This document shows, in pieces, positions 35,524-46,424 of a stretch of 64,000 nt of DNA (positions are counted from its first letter, which is position 1; the number at the start of each line of letters is the position of its first letter). The stretch is from Candidatus Omnitrophota bacterium. Its GTDB lineage: Bacteria; Omnitrophota; Gorgyraeia; Gygaellales; Profunditerraquicolaceae. Where the stretch lies: positions 170,048 through 234,047 of the forward strand of contig QZKH01000003.1 of NCBI GenBank assembly GCA_003598025.1. The letters run 5' to 3'. Made by a program: the position numbers and the translations under genes. The notes below the pieces were generated by a model that made no database searches, was not told the origin of the DNA, and saw only the letters and a list, made by a program, of their open reading frames with translations.

Positions 35524-36447
35524 TCATCCGCTTTTTAGTTTATTTAACGATCCTAATGATTGCGCCGACTTATATAACTGCTCTTTTTCTTCTTTTGTTA
35601 ATTGTAGCTCGAGGATCTGCTCTATGCCTTTTTTACCTATGCGGCAAGGTACACCTAAACAGATATCTTTTAATCCGTATTGGCCGTTTAAATATGCCGA
35701 TACACCTATGATTCTTTTTTCATCCTTAGCCACAGACTTGACAAGCGATGCGATTGCAGCAGATGGCGCAAAGAAGGCGCTCCCTGAGCCTAGATGATCA
35801 ACTATTTCTTTGCCGCGCTGAATAGTTCTGACCGACAATTCTTTAATTTTTTCTTCATCAAGGAAATTTGGCAAAGGTATCCCTTTTATAGAGGTCAGGC
35901 TGCCCAGGGGAAGCATCCCTTCACCGTGAACACCTATTACTACCGGCTCTATTTCATAAACAGGAATATTCAGCTCAAGGCTGATTAGATTTGCAAATCT
36001 TGATGCGTCTAACGAAATCCCCATGCCCAGCACCCTTTCCGGGTCAAAACCCGTAGATTTAAGGGCAATCATGGTCATTAAATCCAGTGGATTGGTAACT
36101 ATTATGACTACAGCATCTTTAGATATCTTCTTAATTTTACTGCAGAGATCACTAACAATATCTGCGTTTTTCCGGAATAATTCTTCTCTTAGCATCCCGG
36201 GTTTACGTGCTAGCCCTGCGGTTATAACAATTATATCTGAGCCCGATGCAATATCCAGGTCTTCCGAACCATCTACGTTATAATGCAGCTTTAATAAACT
36301 GCGGGCATCCATGAGGTCAAGAGACTTACCCTTTGCTATGCCTTTAACGATATCAATCAAAGCGATTTCTGCATCGGGCAATTCCTGAGCTATGCGCATC
36401 GCAGAAAGACTGCCTACATTTCCGGAACCGATAATTGAGATTTTCAT
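35524..36447 (-). CDS. mdh: Malate dehydrogenase (LDH-like MDH family)
   Basis: 307 aa; IIGSGNVGS, IVTNPLD, and ITAGLARKPGMLREEL with Arg at the substrate-specificity position (Gln in LDH). Confidence 0.75.
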   Translation of the reverse strand: MKISIIGSGNVGSLSAMRIAQELPDAEIALIDIVKGIAKGKSLDLMDARSLLKLHYNVDGSEDLDIASGSDIIVITAGLARKPGMLREELFRKNADIVSDLCSKIKKISKDAVVIIVTNPLDLMTMIALKSTGFDPERVLGMGISLDASRFANLISLELNIPVYEIEPVVIGVHGEGMLPLGSLTSIKGIPLPNFLDEEKIKELSVRTIQRGKEIVDHLGSGSAFFAPSAAIASLVKSVAKDEKRIIGVSAYLNGQYGLKDICLGVPCRIGKKGIEQILELQLTKEEKEQLYKSAQSLGSLNKLKSG

Positions 36448-36487
36448 TGATTATTGGCTAATGAAGATTCTGTAACTTTACGCAACC

Positions 36488-37579
36488 TCATCTAACTTTT
36501 TTTAACTTCTTTATAACCGCATCCGCCATCTCCTGTGTTCCCACAGCTGTAGGGTCATTACGGTCAGGTTTTAAATCGTAAGTCACATATTTGCCCTCGG
36601 AGATAATATCTTTAACGGCTTTCTCAAGCGCAAAAGCCGCTTTTGATTCTCCCATATGTTTGAGCATGAGTACTGCGGATAGGATCATGGCAGTAGGATT
36701 TACTTTGTTTAAGCCTTTATATTTTGGCGCAGAGCCGTGTACGGCCTCAAATACTGCCATATCATTTCCGATATTTGCGCCAGGAGCGATTCCAAGTCCG
36801 CCGATTAATCCTGCGCACAGGTCGGAAATAATATCACCATACAAATTAGGCAAAACTATGACATCATAATTATGCGGCCTTTGCACCAACTGCATTGACA
36901 TGTTATCTACAATAGCATTTTCAAACTCTATTTTGTTTGCGTATCTCTTAGCTACCTCTATCGCTGTTTTTAAGAATAAACCGTCGGTAAACTTCATAAT
37001 ATTTGCTTTGTGTACCGCGGTAACCTTTTTTCTGTTATTGGCAAGCGCATATTCGAAGGCGTATTCAACGATTCTTTCTGATGCCTCCTTTGAAATCGGT
37101 TTAATGCTTATTGCTGATCCCTTGGTGATTTTTTTACCGGAATTCTTCTGTATAAGGCTTATTAATTCTTCAGTATAGGGTTTACAGGCTTCAAATTCAA
37201 TACCGGCATACAAATCCTCAGTATTCTCTCTTATTATAACCAGATCGATATTATCAAATTTACTTTTTACACCCTTATATGATTTTGCCGGCCGTACACA
37301 GGCAAACAACCCTAAACTTTGCCTTATTGCTACATTTACAGAACGGAATCCCGTGCCCACCGGAGTGATTATCGGACCCTTCAAAGCTATTTTGTTCCTG
37401 CGTATTGAATCTAAGACGCTGTCAGGAAGGATACTTCCTTGCGATTTTAGCGTTTCTTCTCCGGCATTCTCAATTTCCCATTCAATTTTAACACCGGTTG
37501 CATCAACGCATCTTTGCGCCGCCAAAGCCACTTCGGGGCCGATCCCGTCACCGGGTATGAGAGTGATTTTATAAGCCAT
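36488..37579 (-). CDS. Isocitrate/isopropylmalate dehydrogenase-family enzyme (NAD-IDH-like; could act as IDH, LeuB or homoisocitrate DH)
   Basis: 363 aa; [29 protein letters not shown] closely resembles NAD-dependent IDH. Genomic context (leuD/leuC adjacent, mdh adjacent) is ambiguous. Confidence 0.7.
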   Translation of the reverse strand: MAYKITLIPGDGIGPEVALAAQRCVDATGVKIEWEIENAGEETLKSQGSILPDSVLDSIRRNKIALKGPIITPVGTGFRSVNVAIRQSLGLFACVRPAKSYKGVKSKFDNIDLVIIRENTEDLYAGIEFEACKPYTEELISLIQKNSGKKITKGSAISIKPISKEASERIVEYAFEYALANNRKKVTAVHKANIMKFTDGLFLKTAIEVAKRYANKIEFENAIVDNMSMQLVQRPHNYDVIVLPNLYGDIISDLCAGLIGGLGIAPGANIGNDMAVFEAVHGSAPKYKGLNKVNPTAMILSAVLMLKHMGESKAAFALEKAVKDIISEGKYVTYDLKPDRNDPTAVGTQEMADAVIKKLKKVR

Positions 37580-38085
37580 TATTTTATTTCCGGTAAAGAG
37601 TTGAACTTTTTAAAATAACTTACTATTCCGCCATTACTCAGTATATTTTGCATAAAGTCCGGTAAAGGCTTTACAGATAATTCAAATCCCTGGGTGAGAT
37701 TTTTAACTATTCCTTTAGATAAATCAATTTCAATTGAGTCTTTTTCCCGTATTCTGTCTGTATCCGTCTCAATCAGCGGCAATCCGATATTGAAGCCATT
37801 ACGGTAAAAAATACGCGCAAAAGATTTAGCCATTACGGCGGTTATTCCGGACTCCTTTATTACCAGAGGGGCCTGCTCTCTTGATGAACCCATACCGAAG
37901 TTTTTGCCGGCCACAAGTATGCTTTTACCCGGCACGATCTTCTTTGGAAAATCCGGGTCAATATCTTCCATTATATGCTTTGCAAGCTCTTTCATATCAG
38001 TAATAGCAAACTTATAACGGCCTGAAATTATAAAATCAGTATTTATGTTGTCGCCCAGGTTTATAGCGTTTCCGGATAATTTCAT
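37579..38085 (-). CDS. leuD: 3-isopropylmalate/(homo)aconitate dehydratase small subunit (LeuD-like)
   Basis: 168 aa; [26 protein letters not shown] swivel-domain motifs (archaeal-type short LeuD). Confidence 0.75.
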   Translation of the reverse strand: MKLSGNAINLGDNINTDFIISGRYKFAITDMKELAKHIMEDIDPDFPKKIVPGKSILVAGKNFGMGSSREQAPLVIKESGITAVMAKSFARIFYRNGFNIGLPLIETDTDRIREKDSIEIDLSKGIVKNLTQGFELSVKPLPDFMQNILSNGGIVSYFKKFNSLPEIK

Positions 38086-39128
38086 AGTTGTTTGAATTCC
38101 TCAGGATTCTTTACCTTAGAAAGGGCCACATCCATAGAGATCATTCCGGTCCTGAATAATTCCTTAAGTGATTTATCCATTGTTTTCATCCCGTACTGGC
38201 TTCCTGTCTGCATAAGAGTAGGTATCTGTTCGATTTCCTGCTCGCGGATTAAATTTCTTATACCCGGGGTAGCCACCATGACTTCTGTTGCCAGTACCCT
38301 GCCTATGCCTCCTGCTTTAGGAAGCAAAAGCTGTGAAACTACGCCCTGAAGACAGTCAGCAAGCTGGAGTTTGACCTGTTGCTGCTGATGCGGAGGAAAA
38401 ACATCTATAATCCTTTCAATCGTCTGAGGAGCATCCGGGGTATGCAATGTAGCCAGGACAAGATGGCCTGTTTCAGCCGCTGTTAAGGCAGTTGAGATTG
38501 TCTCTAAATCACGCATTTCTCCTACAACTATTACATTAGGATCCTGTCTTAACGTATGCCTTAGCGCATTAGCAAAACTGTGCGTATCAGCATAGACTTC
38601 TCTTTGTTTAATTATACTTTTATCATTCTTAAAAATGAATTCGATCGGGTCTTCGATAGTCACCATCAGGCATTCCCGTTCGTTGTTTATTAAGTTTATC
38701 ACAGCAGCCAAAGTAGTTGTTTTACCCACGCCTGTAGGGCCGGTGACTAATACGAGGCCATTTGGTTTTCTGGCAAGCTCAATAACCACTGGAGGAAGGC
38801 CAAGGTCTTCAATTTTTGGGATTACAAGCGGAACTCTCCTGAATGCAGCTTCAACAGAGCCTTTTTGCTGATGCACGTTAACCCTGAACCTGTCCATGCC
38901 TGGAAGGGCAAGAGAAAAATCAAGCTCCAGGTCTTTTTCAAACGTTTCTTTTTGAGAATTTGTCAGTACTGCATAAATCATTTTTTTCAGCTCAGCCCTG
39001 ACAACCATAGGATGCTCGGTCCTGAGAAGCTTCCCGTCAATCCTTAAAACAGGAGGTTCATTTTCAGTAAGGTGCAAGTCGGAAGCGGCTTTATCAATAC
39101 ATAATTTGAGTAATTCACCTATTTCCAT
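38082..39128 (-). CDS. pilT: Type IV pilus retraction ATPase PilT
   Basis: 348 aa; Walker A GPTGVGKTT, Asp box, His box, and the PilT-specific AIRNLIRE-like motif (GIRNLIRE). Confidence 0.85.
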   Translation of the reverse strand: MEIGELLKLCIDKAASDLHLTENEPPVLRIDGKLLRTEHPMVVRAELKKMIYAVLTNSQKETFEKDLELDFSLALPGMDRFRVNVHQQKGSVEAAFRRVPLVIPKIEDLGLPPVVIELARKPNGLVLVTGPTGVGKTTTLAAVINLINNERECLMVTIEDPIEFIFKNDKSIIKQREVYADTHSFANALRHTLRQDPNVIVVGEMRDLETISTALTAAETGHLVLATLHTPDAPQTIERIIDVFPPHQQQQVKLQLADCLQGVVSQLLLPKAGGIGRVLATEVMVATPGIRNLIREQEIEQIPTLMQTGSQYGMKTMDKSLKELFRTGMISMDVALSKVKNPEEFKQL

Positions 39129-39174
39129 TATTGCCTCCTCTTATTTTTTATCTATCAAAAGATTAGCCGGCCTA

Positions 39175-40446
39175 TTATAAATATTTTCTTGGATCAGCGA
39201 TCCTGCCCTCTATCGCCGAGGCTGCAACCGTAGCCGGCGAAGCCAGGTATATGAACGCTTTTGGATTACCCATCCTCCCGATGAAATTCCTGTTAGCGGT
39301 TGATATCACATTATCCCCATCGGAAGGGATCCCGCAATGCGTCCCAACGCACGGGCCGCATCCCGGAGCTATTACAACGGCATTCGCTTTTATAAAAGTA
39401 TCGATTATGCCCTGGCTTAATGCTTCAAGGTAAATCTCCTTTGACACGGGCGCAACTATCATTTTAACACTTTTTGCGACTTTTCTCGAGCTTAAAATTT
39501 TAGCAGCGGCTTTTAAATCCGATAACCTGCCATTGGTGCAGGTACCCAAAAACGCTTCATCAACCTTGACTTTACTGAAATTACCAATATCTTTTACATT
39601 ATCAACCTGATGAGGAGCTGCCACCTGAGGTTTTATTTTTGAAATATCGAACTCTAAAGTTTGACAGTATTTTGCATTTTTATCGGCATAAATACGTTCA
39701 ATCTTTTTAATTCCTTTTATTTGATTCTTGAGCCAAGTAATGGTTTTATCGTCTTGAGGCATGAAACCGGCTTTTGCCCCCATCTCAACTACCATATTAC
39801 ACATTGTAAATCTGCCGTCCATATCAATCTTATTGATCACCGGACCACCGAATTCAATTGCTTTATATGTGGCTCCGTCTGCACCTACCTTCTTAATTAT
39901 ATATAAAATTATATCTTTTGCGTATATTCCTTTGGGTATGTTTCCTTTTACCACGATCTTAATTGTTTCGGGGACCTTAAACCAGTTCTTTCCTGTTGCC
40001 AGCGTTATTGAAATGTCGGTTGAGCCTACCCCCGTTGAAAATATTCCTAAAGCGCCATAAGTACAGGTATGAGAATCAGCGCCTAAAACCAGGTCTCCGG
40101 GCAATATCCTGCCAGACTGCGGTATTACCTGGTGGCATACTCCGCATCCGATATCAAAGAGTTTCTGGTTATAATCTAAGCCAAACTGCCGCATCTTTTT
40201 ATGCACCCTGGAAACACCCTCGCTTGGCGAAGGCGCGCTATGGTCTATAACCATGCAGAAATCTGTTTCTAATTTATTGAGCCCTAACTCTTTTACCCGG
40301 TCAATTATAATTGAAGACGTCCCGTCTTGCCCGAATGTAAAATCCACTTTACATATTGCAAAATCTCCTGCCTTGAGCAGTCTTTGCGAATGACTGCTCA
40401 ATATTTTTTCAGCTATAGTTTGCGGAATTAAAGACCGTTTAACCAT
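39175..40446 (-). CDS. leuC: 3-isopropylmalate/(homo)aconitate dehydratase large subunit (LeuC-like, archaeal-type about 420 aa)
   Basis: 423 aa; aconitase-family Cys ligands (GTCTNGR, PGCGPCVG) and DSHT motif. Confidence 0.8.
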   Translation of the reverse strand: MVKRSLIPQTIAEKILSSHSQRLLKAGDFAICKVDFTFGQDGTSSIIIDRVKELGLNKLETDFCMVIDHSAPSPSEGVSRVHKKMRQFGLDYNQKLFDIGCGVCHQVIPQSGRILPGDLVLGADSHTCTYGALGIFSTGVGSTDISITLATGKNWFKVPETIKIVVKGNIPKGIYAKDIILYIIKKVGADGATYKAIEFGGPVINKIDMDGRFTMCNMVVEMGAKAGFMPQDDKTITWLKNQIKGIKKIERIYADKNAKYCQTLEFDISKIKPQVAAPHQVDNVKDIGNFSKVKVDEAFLGTCTNGRLSDLKAAAKILSSRKVAKSVKMIVAPVSKEIYLEALSQGIIDTFIKANAVVIAPGCGPCVGTHCGIPSDGDNVISTANRNFIGRMGNPKAFIYLASPATVAASAIEGRIADPRKYL

Positions 40447-41603
40447 TTTTCAATCCTATCCATGCCTTTTTCTATTTGTGCGTGGCTTGCGGCAAAACTT
40501 AATCTTATAAAATTATCCTGGCCAAAGGCGACACCAGGGATTACGGCGACTTCAGCTTCATCTAAAAGCCTGGTCGCAAAAGCCATGGAATCAATGCCGC
40601 TTTTTGAAATATCGCAAAATATATAGAATGCGCCTTTTGGCAATATAAAATCAATTTTTGGTATATTATTAAGCCTTCCAATAATATAATCTCTTCTTTT
40701 TTGAAATTCCGCACTCATCATAGAGCTGAATTCATCTGAACCTGACAGCGCCGCAAAAGCAGCTTTCTGGCTTATTGATGAGGGGTTAGATGTCGAATGG
40801 TCCTGGATTTTTGAAATTGCTTTGGCAATCTCAAGGGGAGCGCCTAAATACCCTATCCTCCAGCCGGTCATTGAGTGGCTCTTTGATAAACCGTTAACAG
40901 TAATAGTATGTTCGTAAGCGCGCTTGCTTAACGAAGCTACTGAGGTATGCTTGAGCCCGTCAAAGATAATTTTTTCATAGATCTCGTCGGAAATGATATA
41001 GATTTTTTTATGGACACACATCTCTACAAGCGCTTGAAGTTCGTCTTTCTCATAAATGCTGCCTGTAGGATTGGAAGGGCTGTTGATGATTATCGCTTTT
41101 GTCTTTGTATGGATGTGCTTTTTAAGGTCATCGGTTGATATCTTGAAGTCATTCTTAGGGGACGTTTTAATAAACCTGGGGATCCCACCGCAGAGATTTA
41201 CCATTTCAGGATAGCTTACCCAATAAGGAGACGGGATTAGAACCTCGTCTTTTTCGTCAATTATAGAAAAAAGGGCGTTAAAGATGCTATGCTTGGCTCC
41301 GCAGGAAACTACGATTTGCTCAGAAGAATATTCAAGCCCGTTATCTTTTAAAAATTTTTGGCAGATTTTTTCTTTTAACTCCGGAGTCCCGGTGGTGGGT
41401 GTATACTTTGTAAACCCCGATTGGATAGCGCTGATAGCCGCATCTTTTATATATTGAGGAGTGTCAAAATCCGGCTCACCTGCAGCAAGCGTAACAACAT
41501 CCCTTCCCTGCATTTTGAGCTTCTTGGCTTTTGCAGTTATAGCAAGGGTTGCTGACGGGTTAATTTTTTTCAAACGCTCAGCAAGCTGCGTATCGATTCG
41601 CAT
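40428..41603 (-). CDS. aspC: Aspartate/aromatic aminotransferase (class I PLP aminotransferase)
   Basis: 391 aa; INSPSNPTG and SKSHSMTGWRIGY (PLP lysine) motifs. Confidence 0.8.
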   Translation of the reverse strand: MRIDTQLAERLKKINPSATLAITAKAKKLKMQGRDVVTLAAGEPDFDTPQYIKDAAISAIQSGFTKYTPTTGTPELKEKICQKFLKDNGLEYSSEQIVVSCGAKHSIFNALFSIIDEKDEVLIPSPYWVSYPEMVNLCGGIPRFIKTSPKNDFKISTDDLKKHIHTKTKAIIINSPSNPTGSIYEKDELQALVEMCVHKKIYIISDEIYEKIIFDGLKHTSVASLSKRAYEHTITVNGLSKSHSMTGWRIGYLGAPLEIAKAISKIQDHSTSNPSSISQKAAFAALSGSDEFSSMMSAEFQKRRDYIIGRLNNIPKIDFILPKGAFYIFCDISKSGIDSMAFATRLLDEAEVAVIPGVAFGQDNFIRLSFAASHAQIEKGMDRIEKWLNGL

Positions 41604-41613
41604 CAGTATATGC

Positions 41614-42198
41614 TTATAGTGAATCTCTTTCCTTCTTAAAAATCTTCCTCAAACCGCCGAGGAATTTCTTTGAAGGCTGCTTTGAAATAGGAGGTTTTTC
41701 CTTAGTCGCAATTTCAGTTTTTTGCTTTCCGGAATCTTCCTGTTGGGTATGCTCTTTAGCTTGCCCGGAAGTATCTGCTTTTAAACCTTCTTGAGGCTCC
41801 TTTGAAACTTTGCTTTTCTTCGCCTTCTTGGCTTCCGGTTTTTTTATTTCTGTTAACTCAAACAAAACCAGCTCTGCGTCGTCCCCCCGCCTTCTGCCCA
41901 GGCTTAATATCCTGGAATAGCCGCTAGTTCTTTTGGCAAACCTGGGGCCGATTTCACTGAAAAGCGTACTTACCAGCCTATGGTCATTAAGAATTTTAAA
42001 AGCGGCTCTTTTTGCGGTAAGTGTGTTCTTTTTGGCAAGATGGATCAGCTTCTCTATCACCGGCCTTACAGCTTTTGCTTTGGCTTTTGTCGTCCTGATC
42101 CTTTGATAGATTACGAGGTTTCTTGCCATACTAAGGATAGTAGCTTTTCTCCAGCTGGTGAATCTATTAAGTCTGTTTTTGGATTTTGAATGTCTCAT
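41614..42198 (-). CDS. rplQ: Ribosomal protein L17 with about 75-aa Lys/Glu-rich C-terminal extension
   Basis: 194 aa; N-terminal 120 aa match L17 (MRHSKSKNRLNR...); the tail is a low-complexity basic/acidic extension. Confidence 0.85.
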   Translation of the reverse strand: MRHSKSKNRLNRFTSWRKATILSMARNLVIYQRIRTTKAKAKAVRPVIEKLIHLAKKNTLTAKRAAFKILNDHRLVSTLFSEIGPRFAKRTSGYSRILSLGRRRGDDAELVLFELTEIKKPEAKKAKKSKVSKEPQEGLKADTSGQAKEHTQQEDSGKQKTEIATKEKPPISKQPSKKFLGGLRKIFKKERDSL

Positions 42199-42219
42199 TT
42201 TTTATATAAGTTATAGAGG

Positions 42220-43209
42220 TTAAACAATTTTTAATTTTTTTGTATCGACCTTCATACCTAAGCCCAGGCCCATACCGGCCAAAAGTTCTTTTATTTCAGT
42301 AAGAGATTTCTTACCAAAGTTCTTGAATCCGAGCATCTCCTCCTCTGGCCTTTTGACCAGGTCCGCTATGGTTTTGATATTGGCCTCGCGTAAACAATTA
42401 GAACTGCGTACTGAAAGCTCAAGTTCAGATATCGGCAGCCTTAGTTTCTCGTAAAGCTCTACTTCTTCCTTGGTCATCATCGGTTCTTCTTCCGCATCTT
42501 CAGGAAGCTGGCCAAAGCTGACAAAAATATCCAAGTGCCTTTGAAGAATATTAGAGGCATATAAGAGGGCATCTTTAGGATTAATGGCCCCGTTAGTTGT
42601 TATTTCCAAAATAAGTTTATCGTAATCCGTACGCTGGCCGACTCGCGTATTTTCAATGGTGAAATTTACCTGCTTAACCGGCGTGAAAATTGAATCTACG
42701 GGGATTACGCCGATAGCCATATCCTCTTTTTTATTGAGTTCCTGAGGCACATATCCGCGCCCCCTTGCTACTTCCATCTCAATGTGGAATTTAGTATCTT
42801 TGGTCAACGTAGCTATATGGTGTTCGGGATTAATGATCTCGACTGATTCATCAGTAATGATATCCTTGGCTTTGATCTCGCCTTTCTTATCCTTCTTTAT
42901 TGATATAGTCTTGGGGATCTTTGAATGTGAATTTATAACCAGCCCTTTGATATTAAGAATTATCTCTGTTGTGTCTTCAAGCACGCCTGGTATCGTTGAG
43001 AATTCATGCTGGACTCCGTCAAATTTGACTGAGGTAACAGCACTTCCTTCGATAGAAGAAAGCAGGACACGCCTTAAGGAATTGCCTAAAGTAACCCCGT
43101 ATCCTCTTTCAAACGGCGCAGCATAAAATCTGCCATAAGTATTCGTATAAGTTGACTCATCGCATTCAAGTCTTTTTGGCAACTGAAAATCAGACCATTT
43201 TATTCCCAT
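42220..43209 (-). CDS. rpoA: DNA-directed RNA polymerase alpha subunit
   Basis: 329 aa; N-terminal domain plus C-terminal alphaCTD (...ELSVRSSNCLREANIKTIADL...). Confidence 0.9.
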   Translation of the reverse strand: MGIKWSDFQLPKRLECDESTYTNTYGRFYAAPFERGYGVTLGNSLRRVLLSSIEGSAVTSVKFDGVQHEFSTIPGVLEDTTEIILNIKGLVINSHSKIPKTISIKKDKKGEIKAKDIITDESVEIINPEHHIATLTKDTKFHIEMEVARGRGYVPQELNKKEDMAIGVIPVDSIFTPVKQVNFTIENTRVGQRTDYDKLILEITTNGAINPKDALLYASNILQRHLDIFVSFGQLPEDAEEEPMMTKEEVELYEKLRLPISELELSVRSSNCLREANIKTIADLVKRPEEEMLGFKNFGKKSLTEIKELLAGMGLGLGMKVDTKKLKIV

Positions 43210-43248
43210 TTTTCCTCCTGAGATTATTTAACTTAGCTAAAGCCTTGA

Positions 43249-43875
43249 TTACTTCGAATAAAGCTCGACTATTAATTGTTCTTGGATCGGCAATTGTATA
43301 TCTGACTTTTCTGGTAACCTGTTTATTTTTGCTTTCAGGTCCTGGGCATTGGCTTCTATCCATGATACAATCGCCCTGTCTTTGGAAAATTCTATGTTTT
43401 CCCGTATTTTATTCAAAGCGCCGTCCTTACCCTTTACCTCTATGGAATCACCGGCTGCTACTAAATAAGACGGAATATTGACTCTCTTGCCATTGATGTA
43501 AATGAGGTTATGCCTGACAATCTGTCTTGCCTGAGCACGGGAGGTAGCGAAATTCATCCTAAAGATGACATTGTCAAGCCTTCTTTCAAGTAATTGCAAG
43601 AGTATCTTACCGGTTACACCTTTTGATTTTGAAGCGATTCCGAAATATCTGCGGAATTGTCTCTCCAGCACGCCGTATACCCTCTTAACCTTCTGTTTTT
43701 CTCTTAACTGTATACCGTAGTTAGAATGTTTCTGCTTACCCTGGCCATGCTGGCCCGGGGCATATGCTCTTTTAGCAATCGCGCATTTAGGAGTATTGCA
43801 CCTTGCGCCTTTTAAGAATAATTTTTCACCTTCACGCCTGCATAACCTGCAAACAGCATCCTTATAACGAGCCAT
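43249..43875 (-). CDS. rpsD: Ribosomal protein S4
   Basis: 208 aa; MARYKDAVCRLCRREGEKLFLKG... Confidence 0.9.
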   Translation of the reverse strand: MARYKDAVCRLCRREGEKLFLKGARCNTPKCAIAKRAYAPGQHGQGKQKHSNYGIQLREKQKVKRVYGVLERQFRRYFGIASKSKGVTGKILLQLLERRLDNVIFRMNFATSRAQARQIVRHNLIYINGKRVNIPSYLVAAGDSIEVKGKDGALNKIRENIEFSKDRAIVSWIEANAQDLKAKINRLPEKSDIQLPIQEQLIVELYSK

Positions 43876-43881
43876 TATTAA

Positions 43882-44271
43882 TTATACTCTCCTTTTCTTC
43901 TTGGGACGGCAACCATTATGAGGTATAGGAGTTACGTCTTTAATGCAGGTCACCGTTAAACCCGAAGCCTGTAAGGCCCTTATCGCTGATTCTCTACCGA
44001 ATCCGGGGCCCTTTACAAAAACTTCCACTTCTTTAATCCCTATATCTTTAGCTTTTTTAGCCGCATCAGTTGCTGCTACCTGAGCAGCAAAAGGCGTAGA
44101 CTTTTTTGATCCGCCATAACCAACTATTCCCGGAGCAGACCAGACTAAAGCATTACCCTGCTTATCAGTAATTGTTATTATGGTATTATTAAAACTTGCC
44201 TGGATATGTGCAATCCCGCTGGTAATGCCTCTGGCTATTTTCTTTTTTTTTGCTTTATCTTTTGTTGCCAT
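43882..44271 (-). CDS. rpsK: Ribosomal protein S11
   Basis: 129 aa; ...[18 protein letters not shown]... Confidence 0.9.
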   Translation of the reverse strand: MATKDKAKKKKIARGITSGIAHIQASFNNTIITITDKQGNALVWSAPGIVGYGGSKKSTPFAAQVAATDAAKKAKDIGIKEVEVFVKGPGFGRESAIRALQASGLTVTCIKDVTPIPHNGCRPKKKRRV

Positions 44272-44286
44272 TAAATATGACCTCCG

Positions 44287-44673
44287 TTATTTGGTTTCAA
44301 CCTTTTTGACTACTATACTTCCGCCTTTTCTCGGACCTTTTCTTGTCCTTGCGTTTGTGCGCGTTCTCTGCCCTCTGACCGGAAGGCCCTTTTTATGACG
44401 CATGCCACGCCAGGCCCCTATATCCATAAGTCTTTTTATGTTTTGGGATATATCCCTGCGCAGGTCACCTTCGACCCGGTAACCGCTTTTTTGAAGTATA
44501 ATGGTAATCCTGGAAATTTCTTCTTCGCTTAAATCTTTAGCTCTCTTAAGCGGTTCTATGTTCGCTTCTTTAAGGATTTTATTAGACATGAACCTGCCGA
44601 CTCCGTAAAGGTAAGTCAGGGCAGTTTCAATGGTTTTTTCTTTCGGTAAGTCAACGCCTATAATTCTTGGCAC
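44287..44673 (-). CDS. rpsM: Ribosomal protein S13
   Basis: 128 aa; [13 protein letters not shown]... Confidence 0.9.
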   Translation of the reverse strand: MPRIIGVDLPKEKTIETALTYLYGVGRFMSNKILKEANIEPLKRAKDLSEEEISRITIILQKSGYRVEGDLRRDISQNIKRLMDIGAWRGMRHKKGLPVRGQRTRTNARTRKGPRKGGSIVVKKVETK

Positions 44674-44703
44674 TTTTTCCTCCTTGTATACTGCTAAAGG
44701 GAA

Positions 44704-44817
44704 TTATCCTTGTTTTTGTTTATGCTTAGGTGTAGAGCATATGACGCGCGCAACACCACGCCTTTTGATTATCTTACACTTGTCGCAAATTTTTCTTATA
44801 GATGATTTTACTTTCAT
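44704..44817 (-). CDS. rpmJ: Ribosomal protein L36 (not in the ORF track)
   Basis: Manual translation: [37 protein letters not shown] (37 aa); ATGA overlap with the infA stop. Confidence 0.8.
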   Translation of the reverse strand: MKVKSSIRKICDKCKIIKRRGVARVICSTPKHKQKQG

Positions 44818-45032
44818 TTTATCCTGAATGTTATTCTTCCCCTGCTTAAATCATAGGGGGACAATTCTAGTTTTACCTTATCTCCGGGCAATATTCTGAT
44901 AAAGTGCATACGCATTTTTCCCGAAACGTGTGCCAGAACCACATGTCCGTTATCAAGCTCAACCCTGAACATCGCATTAGGCAGAGCTTCTAAAATTTTA
45001 CCTTCTGTTTCGATCAGTTCTTCTTTTGCCAT
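44814..45032 (-). CDS. infA: Translation initiation factor IF-1
   Basis: 72 aa; S1-like fold pattern ...[31 protein letters not shown]... Confidence 0.9.
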   Translation of the reverse strand: MAKEELIETEGKILEALPNAMFRVELDNGHVVLAHVSGKMRMHFIRILPGDKVKLELSPYDLSRGRITFRIK

Positions 45033-45034
45033 AG

Positions 45035-45778
45035 TTAAGCGGTTAAAATCTCTGTTCCTCTGTCGGTAATGGCAACCGTGTGTTCAAAATGAGCAGATGC
45101 CATTCTATCTTTTGTCAGGGCAGTCCAGCCATTAGGTGCGATTTCAACCTCCCACGCACCCATATTAACCATGGGCTCAACAGCAAATACCATTCCTTCA
45201 GTCAATAACGGCCCTGTGCCCTTGCGGCCGAAATTAGGAATCTCCGGTTCTTCGTGAAGCGACTTGCCTATGCCATGGCCTACAAATTCCCGGACTATTG
45301 AGAAACCGTTTTTCTCTACGTATTCCTGTATAGCATAAGAAATATCGTAAAGATGGTTATTTGCTTTTACTTTTTCTATACCGATCTTCAGGGATTTTTC
45401 AGTTACTTCCAGCAGTTTCTTTATCTGGCCGCTGACAATTCCGATCGGAATAGTCAACGCAGCATCTGAAAAGTACCCCTTATAATTTATTCCGACATCC
45501 AAGCTCAATATATCGCCGTTTAAAAGCACCCTCTCTGACGGTATGCCATGAACTACCTCATCATTGACAGATGTGCATATATTGGCGGGATATCCTCTGT
45601 ATCCTTTAAAAGCAGAGATGACACTTTCTTTTTTAATCAGGGTTTCCGCATAGGCGTCGATCTCTTTCGTTGTCATCCCTTCGCTTACAAACAATCTCAA
45701 AGAACGGATAATCCTTGATAAAATCTTTCCTGACTCCCCCATCATATGAATATCTTCTTTAGACTTTAGAGGGATCAT
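45035..45778 (-). CDS. map: Methionine aminopeptidase type I
   Basis: 247 aa; the metal-ligand pattern (D, D, H, E, E) in ...[14 protein letters not shown]... Confidence 0.9.
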   Translation of the reverse strand: MIPLKSKEDIHMMGESGKILSRIIRSLRLFVSEGMTTKEIDAYAETLIKKESVISAFKGYRGYPANICTSVNDEVVHGIPSERVLLNGDILSLDVGINYKGYFSDAALTIPIGIVSGQIKKLLEVTEKSLKIGIEKVKANNHLYDISYAIQEYVEKNGFSIVREFVGHGIGKSLHEEPEIPNFGRKGTGPLLTEGMVFAVEPMVNMGAWEVEIAPNGWTALTKDRMASAHFEHTVAITDRGTEILTA

Positions 45779-46424
45779 TCAAACCTTTTACTAATTCAAT
45801 TATTTCCTTTAATACATCATTGGCCTGCCCATCAGCAGAAACTTTAAGCAGGCTCCCTTTATTTTTATAATAATCTAACAGTGAAGAGACCTCATTTTTG
45901 TAGACTATGAGGCGGTTTTTTATAGTTTCTTCCTTATCATCATCGCGCTGGTATAATTGCCCGCCGCACGCATCGCAGACCATTGTTTTCTTGGGGGGCA
46001 TATTTATCTTATGGAAAAGCATATTACAGCTTCGGCATACCAGCCTTCCGCTTAATCTTTGTATGATAACTCCGTCGCTTGAATCAAGATATATAACCGT
46101 ATCAATTTTGATATTCCTCTGGCTTAGTATTGAGTCTAATGTTTTGGCCTGAGAGATATTTCTGGGATAACCATCAAGTATAAAGCCTTTTTTTGTATCC
46201 GGCAAACCCAGGCGGCTGTTTAGCATTTTTGTTACCAGCTCATCAGGCACCAATCCGCCTTTATTCATATAATCTTTGGCTTTCCTGCCTAGCTCGGTAT
46301 CAAGCTTTACATTTTCCCTTAGAATATCGCCGGTAGATATATGCGGGAGGTTTAGTGACTTAGCCAGCTGTTTTGACTGAGTCCCTTTACCCGCACCCGG
46401 AGGGCCTAATAATATTATATTCAT
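45759..46424 (-). CDS. adk: Adenylate kinase (Zn-lid type)
   Basis: 221 aa; GPPGAGKGTQ P-loop; lid CRSC...CDAC. Confidence 0.9.
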   Translation of the reverse strand: MNIILLGPPGAGKGTQSKQLAKSLNLPHISTGDILRENVKLDTELGRKAKDYMNKGGLVPDELVTKMLNSRLGLPDTKKGFILDGYPRNISQAKTLDSILSQRNIKIDTVIYLDSSDGVIIQRLSGRLVCRSCNMLFHKINMPPKKTMVCDACGGQLYQRDDDKEETIKNRLIVYKNEVSSLLDYYKNKGSLLKVSADGQANDVLKEIIELVKGLNDPSKV

